The position numbers were made by a program, and so were the translations under genes. DNA of 64,000 bases, from contig CBDHHL010000032.1 of the NCBI GenBank assembly GCA_965263355.1, positions 2,688,001 to 2,752,000 of the forward strand. Direction: 5' to 3'. The notes under the pieces are model-generated. The model was not told the DNA's origin, did no database searches, and saw nothing but the letters and a program-made list of their open reading frames with translations. Below are positions 1 to 8,998 of this stretch, one piece after another; positions within the stretch are counted from its first letter, which is position 1, and every line of letters begins with the position of its first letter. This DNA is from Leptolyngbyaceae cyanobacterium. GTDB lineage: Bacteria; Cyanobacteriota; Cyanobacteriia; Phormidesmidales; Phormidesmidaceae.

Positions 1-3000
1 CATGTTTGATCATAATCTTCACCTCCAAAGAACTGTTTCCATTCTTGAGTCGTGAGATTACGGGTTAATCGCTTACAGGTTTCTTCAATTAAATCGTCAA
101 TCACAAATGACAGAACTTGAGCCGTATTGCCACTTTGGGTTAACACTTTGCTGCCATCAGGACTCAAGTTGACACTATCTACCACATCATTATGGGGAAT
201 GCGCGCAATCTCCAATATTTGCTGCCGTTCCCATGCTTCGACTGCCTGGTTAGGATCCCATTCTTCGGCTGCCGTTAAATCCCAGACTCTTGCTGTTTTA
301 TCTATACTGGCAGTGGCTAAATAATGGCCATCATTACCAAGGCTTACATCCGTCACCTCATCATCATGAACAATGGGGCTTAACTCTTCGCCTTTTTTGA
401 AATCCCAGACCCTTGCCGTTTTATCTGAGCTTCCAGTCACCAGGTAACGACTATCGTTACTAAAGTCTACATCATTAACCTCTCCCTCATGGACAATGCG
501 AAGAGCTTCCTGATTTTTCTTCAGGTTCCATACTCGGGCAATATTATCCTTGCTTGCGGTGGCTAGATAGATACCATCATTACTAAAGCTTATATCTGTA
601 ACTTTTCCCTCATGAATAATATTAGCCACTTCCTTATTTTTCTCAATGTCCCATACTCTTGCAATATTGTCCTTGCTGCTAGTCGCAACATAACGACCAT
701 TGTTGCTAAGTCTTATATCAACAACGTCTGAATCAAGAGTGATGCTAGAAATCTCCCTTTCTTTCTGCCAATCCCAGATTCTTACGATATTATCTGAGCT
801 ACTGGTAGCAAGATAGCGGTTATCCTGACTAAATGTCACATTGCTTACCGGTTGTTTATGGTTAAGCTGAATGACTTGTTTGTCCTGTAAGTTCAAAATT
901 CTAGCGATATTATCGCGACTGGCAGTTGCCAAATAAAGATTATTCGAACTGAAGTCCACGTCCTCAACATCATTGCCATGGATAATGCGAGTAATCTCCT
1001 GATTATTTTCCAGATCCCACACCCTTGTCGTATCGTCATTACTGCCAGTAGCGATATAACGACCATCTGGGCTAAAGCTTACGTCCTCTAGTTGCCCATT
1101 GTGGACAATGCTTGCCACCTGCGGTTGCGATCGCAAATCCCATACCCTCGCCGTATTATCCAGACTTCCTGTCGCAATATAACGACCATCAGCGCTAAAG
1201 CTAACATCGATAATGGCCTGTTCATGCGTGATCCGGGCAACCTCCTGATTGTTGACCAAGTCCCAGACTTTTGCCATCTTGTCACTACTGCCAGTGGCCA
1301 GATAGCGACCATCGGGACTAAAGCTAAAGTCCTCCACATTTCCTGTATGGGCAATGCGGGCCGCTTCTTTATTCTTTTGGAGGTCCCAAACCCGCATACT
1401 TTTAGTATCATCACTGCGGGTCGCAAGGTAACGATTGTTGGGACCAAACTTAAGGTCTAGGATCTTATTATCATGAACAATGCTACCCACCTTTTTTCTC
1501 TGTTTCAAATCCCAAATAATCGCCGTATTATCTTGGCCGATTGTCGCCAGGTAGAGACCATCAGCGCTAAAGCTAGCCCCTTCTACCGACCCCCGATGGC
1601 TAATGCTTTCACGATTATTTTGTAGATCCCACACCCTAAAAGTATCGTTAGTCTTACGGTTAGCAACATAGGGGCTATTGGGACTAAATCGAATGTCTGC
1701 CACATTACCCACATGGCTAATTACGGAATGACGACTCTCTGTCAGGGCCTGCACCCTGATTTCTCTATTATTGATGCGATAGGCAAAAAAACGATCATTC
1801 GGACTGAACCGCACATCGTAAGCAGCCCCCTGATATGTAATACTACGCTGTGATTGTTTGTTATTTAAGTTCCATAGGGTCACTTTATTGCCCCGGCTCA
1901 AGATGGCAAGATACTGGTTATTGGGGCTAAAGATAATCTTTTCAACATTTTCAAACACTTCGATCTGTTGCTTATTCTGCAAATCCCAAAGTGTCGCATT
2001 CTTACTCTCACTGAGAGTAGCCAGATATCGACCATTGGGGCTAAAACTCAGTTCTTTCAAATTCTCCGCAGGATTAAAGTATTTGGTTTCTTGGCTGACC
2101 TGAAGGTCCCACAATACTGGGCCATTATCACGACTACGGCTAACAAAATAGTTGCTTTCACTGTTAACAGCGGGACTAAAGCTTATTTCTTCAGCATTAT
2201 GGCTTTGGAGTAACCTATTTTCCTGCAAGTCCCATAACATTGCGCTATTGTCATTACTGCGGGTAGCCAGATAGCGCCCACCAGGACTAAAGATAATCTC
2301 TTCAGCCGCTCCCTCATGGTTGATAACAGACGTTTGAGGCGGCAACAATGGTAAACTCTTGTATAACTCATGGCTGGCCTCGCCAGTCGAGGCTTGGTTA
2401 GCTTCCAATCCCTTCATAGCAGCCGTTGTCAACAGAATTCCCTTATCTAAGTCTTGTTGCTTAAACTGTCTAGAGCGGTTAATTACCTGCTGATATTTTG
2501 CTACAGCCGTCAGTTTCAAAACTTCGCCTGTAGCAGCTTCTGCCCTTTGCCGAGCAGCCTCTGCGTCGCGACGAGCACTCTCTGCCCTACCATACAGGTA
2601 AAATGCTAAACTTCCAGCGCCAACAGCCAGAAATAACAGAGTGCCTAATATGCCAATAATCACTCGTTGTCGAGCATTGGTTGCTCTGCGGGCGGCTACC
2701 GAAGCAGATACATACTCTATTTGAACCTGGGTAGGCTTAGGTTCCTTGCCAGCACTTGCCTGAATTAACCATTGTTCTGCCTCTTCTAGGGCACGTCCTC
2801 GCAGTAACAAGCTACTATCTCTATCACTTTTGTTCCACTCTATTGAACGGGTAAGGAGTGTAGTATGATCTTTCCAATACTCTAAATCAAGATCAATACT
2901 TTTTACGAGATTTTCAAAGTTAGCCTCAAGGTCATCCTTTTCTTGAAAATGGATCCAGTTTAATTTCTTTAATGCCGGATGCACATCTTTTGATCGCACA

Positions 3001-3275
3001 TCACGCCGTATAATGGGGATTAACCGTTTGTTGTGTTTGACAGCATGGTCAATTTCTTTCCGACATACTCTAGAGGCAACTGAGTCGGGGCTCAAAATAA
3101 AGACAAAGGTATGGGCCGCCTCAATTCCAGATTCTATCTCTTGCCACCAGTCCGCTGTCGGTGGAATATTTTGCCAATCTACCCAGGTGTCATACTTGCT
3201 CTGGGCTAATGCATCATCAAGAATGCGGACAAATTCTGTATCTTTTCGAGAGTAAGAGATGAATAAGTCAGCCAT
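1..3275 (-). CDS. TIR-domain / transmembrane / WD40-repeat protein (C-terminus runs off window start)
   Basis: Hand-translated; absent from the ORF track because there is no stop in the window. ATG at 3275 gives MADLFISYSRKDTEFVRILDDAL...WVDWQNIPPTADWWQEIESGIEAAHTFVFILSPDSVAS (TIR_2). A hydrophobic stretch VIIGILGTLLFLAVGAGSLAFYL follows, then many 'FS.DG.YLAT.S.D..ARVWD' WD40 units and a terminal CKRLTRNLTTQEWKQF. Confidence 0.9.
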   Translation of the reverse strand, partial: MADLFISYSRKDTEFVRILDDALAQSKYDTWVDWQNIPPTADWWQEIESGIEAAHTFVFILSPDSVASRVCRKEIDHAVKHNKRLIPIIRRDVRSKDVHPALKKLNWIHFQEKDDLEANFENLVKSIDLDLEYWKDHTTLLTRSIEWNKSDRDSSLLLRGRALEEAEQWLIQASAGKEPKPTQVQIEYVSASVAARRATNARQRVIIGILGTLLFLAVGAGSLAFYLYGRAESARRDAEAARQRAEAATGEVLKLTAVAKYQQVINRSRQFKQQDLDKGILLTTAAMKGLEANQASTGEASHELYKSLPLLPPQTSVINHEGAAEEIIFSPGGRYLATRSNDNSAMLWDLQENRLLQSHNAEEISFSPAVNSESNYFVSRSRDNGPVLWDLQVSQETKYFNPAENLKELSFSPNGRYLATLSESKNATLWDLQNKQQIEVFENVEKIIFSPNNQYLAILSRGNKVTLWNLNNKQSQRSITYQGAAYDVRFSPNDRFFAYRINNREIRVQALTESRHSVISHVGNVADIRFSPNSPYVANRKTNDTFRVWDLQNNRESISHRGSVEGASFSADGLYLATIGQDNTAIIWDLKQRKKVGSIVHDNKILDLKFGPNNRYLATRSDDTKSMRVWDLQKNKEAARIAHTGNVEDFSFSPDGRYLATGSSDKMAKVWDLVNNQEVARITHEQAIIDVSFSADGRYIATGSLDNTARVWDLRSQPQVASIVHNGQLEDVSFSPDGRYIATGSNDDTTRVWDLENNQEITRIIHGNDVEDVDFSSNNLYLATASRDNIARILNLQDKQVIQLNHKQPVSNVTFSQDNRYLATSSSDNIVRIWDWQKEREISSITLDSDVVDIRLSNNGRYVATSSKDNIARVWDIEKNKEVANIIHEGKVTDISFSNDGIYLATASKDNIARVWNLKKNQEALRIVHEGEVNDVDFSNDSRYLVTGSSDKTARVWDFKKGEELSPIVHDDEVTDVSLGNDGHYLATASIDKTARVWDLTAAEEWDPNQAVEAWERQQILEIARIPHNDVVDSVNLSPDGSKVLTQSGNTAQVLSFVIDDLIEETCKRLTRNLTTQEWKQFFGGEDYDQT

Positions 3276-3600
3276 TACTACTAAAAATATATAAAAGGTA
3301 GCCTGGTTTCGTAACTGGTCAGGAGCTGGAAGGCCATACAGTCAACGGAACCACATTAATTTATCCACCTTTTCTGGCTAAAGTTACGGAATTGGCTAGA
3401 TATGGTGAACAAAACCACTAGATAAGGTGCATAAAATCGCTAGACGAGTTATACAAAACTGTAAGCTTAGTGATCCCAAATAGGAAAAACCTTGCTGTGG
3501 CCTTTAGTCCTGATGAGAAAATCGTATCAGTAGACTGTGACGGTTGGATTCTGCATGTATGAACATTTTAGTTTTTGAGGGGTCAGCCCCCCCATCAGGG

Positions 3601-3733
3601 TTACGGTGTATACATAAGTCAGAGAGAATGGCTAAAACTCTTAAGATTGAATGGTTTTCAAATAGCCTGCCAAGGGGAACCGCTGCTTGTCATGCTCAAT
3701 GCTAAGAATCTTCCAGTTGTGTATACACGGTAG
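3601..3733. mobile_element. MITE, IS4/IS50-like ends
   Basis: Imperfect terminal inverted repeats TTACGGTGTATACATAA / TTGTGTATACACGGTAG, flanked by a 10-bp direct repeat CCCATCAGGG (3591-3600, 3734-3743). No ORF. Confidence 0.75.
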
Positions 3734-4365
3734 CCCATCAGGGTTAACACATTAATTTTGCATAAAATATACTTGACAAAATTCCAAGGCTTCGATCTTC
3801 CCTCATTTGCGTTGAGTTTATCCTTTATCATTGGAAGCAAAGCAGGCGTAGTTATCAACTTTTTGGGCACTACCCCATGGCATTCCGTCCAATGTTACGA
3901 GGCTCTAAAGCTGGACAAATGAGCCTCAACCTGACTCCATAGTGTGAGTGCTCGGGCCTTAGAGCATCACTTATGTGTTAGCTCAGTACTTTGGGGCCTA
4001 AATATGAAAAGCCTGAGACCCACCCATAGGAGTATGAGCGAATCTCAGGCCACTACCCATCGCCATTGATGCGATGGGAGCCCAAACGACGATTGTAGAA
4101 CAAATTATGTAGGGGAATGGAGACTATAGTTTTAATGCTTGAAGCCAACTAAGAGAGTCTTTGGAAGGGAGTCAAAGGTTTCTTGCAAATGCGATAGCCA
4201 ATGACTGGTAGGACATTTAGTAGTATTATAAGCGTCGCAAATCTACCCAATAGACAGCGGTGAAAGCGACTAAAGACTATTATGATAGTGCGTCGTAAAT
4301 GGATTTTTCAGAATAAAGAAAAAGAGATTTGTTTCTACTTGAGTGCACCCGGAATTACATTGCAT

Positions 4366-5130
4366 TTAACATTTCTTCTTGAGTACATAGATGAGATTAT
4401 TGTAGCGAGGCTCTAGCTTGCCAAATGAGAGTACGTATACAGTGTTAACAATCGATCGTATTAGCAGTGCTTTGAACCCAGAACTTTGTTCAATGTAAGT
4501 GTTAGAAGCGTACTCAGCTTCTATAAAAAAGTTATTGGCCTGGCAAAACTCCTGAATTCCTGCTCTAGAAACAACTGACGCATGGTAGGTAGGATAAGGT
4601 CCAAACCCCTTTTCCCCAGCATTCTTATTGTTCCATGGCGCAAGATAGCGTTGATACAAGACATGAATCCAATGAGGTGTAATCTGAGTTAAAAAGCCAT
4701 AGACAGAATTCCTATCAGGAAATAGTAGAATCAATAGACCTTCTGCTTTAAGCCATTGTGAAAATTTCTTCAAAACTAAATCTGCTTCTTTAATATGTTC
4801 AAGCACATAGGCGTTAAAGATCACATCGTAAGTGTTGCTATCTAGCTGAACCGTACATAAATCACCGACGATCGCTTCATCCAGATCTTTGATCTTATTC
4901 TTACGAAAGTCTAGGGCGTGGGCATCCAGATCAACGCCGGTTAATTTGTATTGCACAGGACCCAAATCTAGCGTCCATTCTCTTCCACATCCAGCTTCTA
5001 GAATACTTAAGCTCTTTTGGAAGTCGTCTGCTGCTGCTTTCCGTTGAATATGCTGCTCGGCGACATTTCTGATTTGGGTCGTGTTTGTTAATATACGAGT
5101 CTCTTCTATTTTCTCACTTGTTAAGACCAT
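4366..5130 (-). CDS. class I SAM-dependent methyltransferase
   Basis: ILEAGCG motif I, GVDLD, 'YDVIFNAYVLEHI'; likely ATG at 5130. Confidence 0.85.
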   Translation of the reverse strand: MVLTSEKIEETRILTNTTQIRNVAEQHIQRKAAADDFQKSLSILEAGCGREWTLDLGPVQYKLTGVDLDAHALDFRKNKIKDLDEAIVGDLCTVQLDSNTYDVIFNAYVLEHIKEADLVLKKFSQWLKAEGLLILLFPDRNSVYGFLTQITPHWIHVLYQRYLAPWNNKNAGEKGFGPYPTYHASVVSRAGIQEFCQANNFFIEAEYASNTYIEQSSGFKALLIRSIVNTVYVLSFGKLEPRYNNLIYVLKKKC

Positions 5131-5219
5131 GTTTCCTCTATTGTTTCCTCTATTTCTATAAAAATTAAATCTATCTAGTCCCAATAATTAAAATCTACAG
5201 GAAAGCGATTAAGGCAATG

Positions 5220-5260
5220 AGACCACTTTTTAGACCACTTTTTAGACCACTTTTAGACCA
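5220..5260. repeat. short tandem repeat (AGACCACTTTTT) x3
   Basis: gaccactttttagaccactttttagaccacttttagacca. Confidence 0.8.
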
Positions 5261-5558
5261 ATTCTTCCTTAGGAATGAGGATTTTCTAGTATCTATCTCC
5301 CCGTATACTACCTAGATGAACCGGAGATTTAAGGAACAAATCTGAGTCGACCCAAAATTGTGAAATTGCTAAAGACAGAAAGGATGACGGTGAGTGCGAC
5401 GGTGGTTTAGAGCTTAACCTCTGTCCAGTTTTTTGGGACCACTGTAGTGGACAAGGTTTATATAAAATAGAATTGACCTTAAACTGCTGATCTGTGGTAC
5501 CTAGAGGTAAGCGGTTTATCTAAGCCACACTGAAGTCTGATTTTTTGTGGAGGTTTCC

Positions 5559-6428
5559 ATGACAGCGATCGCAACTCAACTCAACGGTTCTGTCGCCACC
5601 TATTCCTGGCAGTGGCAAGGCCAGACAATTACTGTCACCTATGAAACCCTGGGCAACGGTCAGCCAGTGTTGCTATTACCTGCTTTCAGTACGGTTTCCA
5701 GCCGCACAGAGTTATCTAACCTAGCTAACCAATTGGCATCACAGTATCAGGTGACGGTAGTAGACTGGCCTGGATTTGGCGACTCCGACCGGTTGCGATT
5801 GGTCTATGAACCTGCACTGTATCGACAGTTTTTGGACGATTTTGTCAAGGCAAATTTTTCTGAGCCCATTGCGGTGGTTGCAGCGGGTCATGCGTCGGGC
5901 TATGTTTTAGCGATGCCGGAGGCTTGGTCAAAAATAGTATTGGTTGCGCCCACCTGGAAAGGTCCCCTGGCGGTGATGGGCGCACCTGAAACAATGCGCA
6001 GTGGGGTGAGGGGGTTGGTGCGATCGCACCTCCTTGGTCCTCTGCTCTACTGGCTCAATACCCGTCCAGCCTTTCTTAAATGGATGTATCGCCGCCATGT
6101 GTTTGTAGATGAGGCCAAGCTAACGCCAGACTACATTGCCCAGCGTCATCAGGGAACTCAACAAGATGGTGCCCGCTATGCTCCTGCGGCCTTTGTTACC
6201 GGCGGTCTTGATCCAGTTAAAACTAGAGACGAGTTTTTGGCCTATTTTGACTCACTGACAATACCGATGATGGTCATTGTAGGAGAACAAGCGCCTCCTA
6301 GTTCTAAAGCAGAAATGGAGGCCTTGGTAGCATTACCCCAGGTGCAGGCCATACGTTTACCAGGCACCTTAGGCATGGCTGAAGAATATGGAGATGCTGT
6401 GGCTGAAGCCGTGCTGCCATTTTTATAA
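5559..6428 (+). CDS. alpha/beta fold hydrolase
   Basis: PVLLLPAFSTVSSR, VDWPGFGDS; GGAGG RBS before ATG 5559. Confidence 0.85.
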   Translation: MTAIATQLNGSVATYSWQWQGQTITVTYETLGNGQPVLLLPAFSTVSSRTELSNLANQLASQYQVTVVDWPGFGDSDRLRLVYEPALYRQFLDDFVKANFSEPIAVVAAGHASGYVLAMPEAWSKIVLVAPTWKGPLAVMGAPETMRSGVRGLVRSHLLGPLLYWLNTRPAFLKWMYRRHVFVDEAKLTPDYIAQRHQGTQQDGARYAPAAFVTGGLDPVKTRDEFLAYFDSLTIPMMVIVGEQAPPSSKAEMEALVALPQVQAIRLPGTLGMAEEYGDAVAEAVLPFL

Positions 6429-6501
6429 ACCGGGTCAGACTAAGGGCTAAGGGTTTAATAACTTCTTCCATAATTTTGCTTAAGGCAAAGCAGGATAACC
6501 T

Positions 6502-6593
6502 TTCCCCTCCTGGGAGGGGCAGCGGGGTGGGTTGGCCGTTAGCGCAAGTGGTCGACACCCACCCCGCCTACGGCACCCCTCCCAGGAGGGGAA
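6502..6593. repeat. cyanobacterial palindromic dispersed repeat
   Basis: TTCCCCTCCTGGGAGGGG...GGGGTGGGT / ACCCACCCC...CCCCTCCCAGGAGGGGAA inverted repeat. Confidence 0.75.
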
Positions 6594-6711
6594 GAATTGG
6601 CACATTATTAAATTCTCAATTCCAAGGAGCTGTTACGAAACACTTTCATAGTTTGGGCAGTTGGCCATCGCAACATCAGCTACGTGGCTTCTCTTGAGGA
6701 GGATTGCCCAC

Positions 6712-6880
6712 TCAACCATCTTTGGCAATTTTCTCAATTGCCTTAGCGATGTCGGACCAGGCCTGGTCGCGATCGCCATTGTCCTGATTGAAGGTAATAA
6801 CGAGTTTATCGTCTTTGGGCAAAGCGTTTAATTTTGCCAACATGGGTTCACTTGTCCACAGACAGGGACGCAGGCACTGG
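6712..6880 (-). pseudogene. C-terminal remnant of a TIR-domain protein
   Basis: LRPCLW...LAKLNALPKDDKLVITF...DRDQAWSDIAKAIEKIA resembles the end of bacterial TIR domains; the 5' part is replaced by GC-rich repeat sequence. Confidence 0.55.
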
Positions 6881-7303
6881 TTCCGTGCAGTGGGAGGGCT
6901 CCCCTGGGCAGCAGGATCTAGGGGAGCCCTCCCTCCCTTGGCGAAAAACGCCACATGATAGCCCCTCACTAATGCTAGGCGAGAGCGCAGCCCCCCCGAT
7001 TGGTCCAGGCAGGATATGGCCAAAATAATTGGTAGATTCCATGGCAGACACACTAACCATCTTGATCGATCTCACCAACGCTGATGCTGTTGACCGTACG
7101 CCCTCCCAACAGAGAAACGCCATCGCGTAAAATCACTTAATTTTTTTTGCGTACTAACACTCGCTTTAACTTATTCGGCAATTTGCTCTATTTCCACACC
7201 TGAACTTCACACACGAAATCCACAATTTCCTGGGTGATTTTGCAGTTATTCATTGCCTTAATAGAACCAGGCAAGCGATTAGATTCAGTGAGTCTAGTGA
7301 TTA

Positions 7304-7447
7304 CACGACTTGGAAGGTTATCACGAAAGAAAATTTGAAACGGCGCAACCACGTTCAGCGATAGCAAAAATCTGATGATTTCGATTTTTCAGAACCATTG
7401 AAAATAAAGGCTTTTATTTTTCTCTGCTCGTAACCTTCCAAGTCGTG
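7304..7447. mobile_element. 144-bp MITE
   Basis: Perfect 17-bp TIR CACGACTTGGAAGGTTA / TAACCTTCCAAGTCGTG and TSD TGATTA. The empty site (CTAGTGATTAAGTT) is present in the duplicate copy at 8271-8284. Confidence 0.9.
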
Positions 7448-7550
7448 TGATTAAGTTATTGCTTGAAGCAATAATGTGTTGCCTAACGTTCGTTCGCTAG
7501 CCCATTAGGGACATACATTCATTTTTCCGTCACTTATCAGGTTTTCTTCC

Positions 7551-7724
7551 ATGCGTAACAACCAAGTAAAATCTCAGCCACAAGCCGCAGTTCGGATTAC
7601 ACAAACTACCTCCCAGCCCCTCTGGCAGTCCTTGACCAATGCCCAGCAGGAAGTGACTAAAGGTGGATATCGTAGTCGCGGCGGCCTTGGACGCATTGAC
7701 ATTTTGGGTGGTTTTCCATGGTGA
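7551..7724 (+). CDS. double-glycine-leader precursor peptide 1 (57 aa)
   Basis: MRNNQVKSQPQAAVRITQTTSQPLWQSLTNAQQEVTKGG|YRSRGGLGRIDILGGFPW*; below the ORF-track cutoff; paralogous to two neighbours. Confidence 0.8.
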   Translation: MRNNQVKSQPQAAVRITQTTSQPLWQSLTNAQQEVTKGGYRSRGGLGRIDILGGFPW

Positions 7725-7940
7725 TAGTGCATTAGAGGTAAGGATACGAATAGGAGGCCAATAGGGATTTAGGCATAGATATCTTTACCCTTTAAGGACT
7801 ACCGAAGTTTGTTTTCAGGTATGCGGCGATAATTAAGCACAGGTCTGAACCGTTGAGATGTTTACCTGGTGGTTTGTGGGCTAATGGCGTTGGCCGCCTG
7901 CGCATACCCTCTATAGGTCGTGTAGTTACCCAGCAGCATT

Positions 7941-7981
7941 ACAGTAGCGGTTGTGTGGACTTTCCACACGACCGCTACTGT
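7941..7981 (+). terminator. hairpin terminator downstream of peptide 1
   Basis: ACAGTAGCGGTTGTGTGG-ACTTT-CCACACGACCGCTACTGT followed by TTGTT. Confidence 0.65.
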
Positions 7982-8378
7982 TTGTTAGTCCATGGTTTAG
8001 CCAGGGCACGTCGAGCAAAAGTAGAAGAATATTCATCAGAATGGGTGAATTGGCAGATGTTCAGCGTTGACCGTACGCCCTCCCAACAGAGAAACGCCAT
8101 CGCGTAAAATCACTTAATTTTTTTTGCGTACTAACACTCGCTTTAACTTATTCGGCAATTTGCTCTATTTCCACACCTGAACTTCACACACGAAATCCAC
8201 AATTTCCTGGGTGATTTTGCAGTTATTCATTGCCTTAATAGAACCAGGCAAGCGATTAGATTCAGTGAGTCTAGTGATTAAGTTATTGCCTAAGGCAGTA
8301 ATGCATTGCCCAACAGTTCGTTTGCTAGTCCTTTAGGGACATACATTCATTTTTCCGTCACTTATCAGGTTTTCTTCC

Positions 8379-8543
8379 ATGCGTAACAACCAAGTAAAAT
8401 CTCAGCCACAAACCACCGTTCAGACTACAGAAACAACTTCCCAGCCCCTCTGGCAGCCCCTGAGCAATGCTCAGCAGGAAGTTACTAAGGGTGGGTATCG
8501 TGGCCATGGCCGCCGTCCCTCCCCTCTACGTCCCGGTGGTTAA
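8379..8543 (+). CDS. double-glycine-leader precursor peptide 2 (54 aa)
   Basis: MRNNQVKSQPQTTVQTTETTSQPLWQPLSNAQQEVTKGG|YRGHGRRPSPLRPGG*. Confidence 0.8.
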   Translation: MRNNQVKSQPQTTVQTTETTSQPLWQPLSNAQQEVTKGGYRGHGRRPSPLRPGG

Positions 8544-8594
8544 GTAACCTGCTGCATACGTCCATTCCTCTGTACATTTACCAGGTTTTCTTCC

Positions 8595-8765
8595 ATGGGG
8601 AAAAATCAAACAAAATATCAGCCACAAGTCGCAGCTCAGATTACACAAACTACCTCCCAGCCCCTCTGGCAGCCCCTGAGTAATGCTCAGCAAGAAGCAG
8701 CCACTAAAGGTGGATACCGTAGCCGTGTTTTCGGAGCTGGTGCACGCATTACAAGCTGGTTTTAA
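8595..8765 (+). CDS. double-glycine-leader precursor peptide 3 (56 aa)
   Basis: MGKNQTKYQPQVAAQITQTTSQPLWQPLSNAQQEAATKGG|YRSRVFGAGARITSWF*; same CAGGTTTTCTTCC-ATG start context as the other two. Confidence 0.8.
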   Translation: MGKNQTKYQPQVAAQITQTTSQPLWQPLSNAQQEAATKGGYRSRVFGAGARITSWF

Positions 8766-8888
8766 GGTATACGACGGTAATTAAACACAGGTCTGCATCG
8801 TCGAGATGCTTACCTGATGGTTTGTGGGCTAATGGCGTGGCCACCTGCGTATACCCTCTATGGATCGTGTAGTTACCTAGCCGCAGTG

Positions 8889-8927
8889 CAGTAGCGGTCG
8901 TGTGGACTTTCCACACGACCGCTACTG
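8889..8927 (+). terminator. hairpin downstream of peptides 2/3
   Basis: CAGTAGCGGTCGTGTGG-ACTTT-CCACACGACCGCTACTG. Confidence 0.6.
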
Positions 8928-8998
8928 TCTGTTAGTCCATGGTTTAGCCAGGGCACGTTGAGCCAAAGTATTTGCTTAACTATTAAGCTTGATAGATC

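Larger units (their letters stand above)
7089..8970 (+). repeat. tandem segmental duplication (7089-8023 / 8066-8970) carrying peptide genes
   Basis: 7089-7303 matches 8066-8280 (215 bp, identical by eye). The upstream regions, peptide leaders and about 200-bp 3' regions (7817-8023 vs 8765-8970) are homologous. Confidence 0.9.

Noticed and set aside
127..3255. short ORFs listed in the ORF track
   Set aside because: Shadow frames of the long - strand TIR-WD40 gene.
7853..8107. 84-aa ORF after peptide 1
   Set aside because: The homologous second copy has an indel and stops; conservation is at the RNA-structure level.
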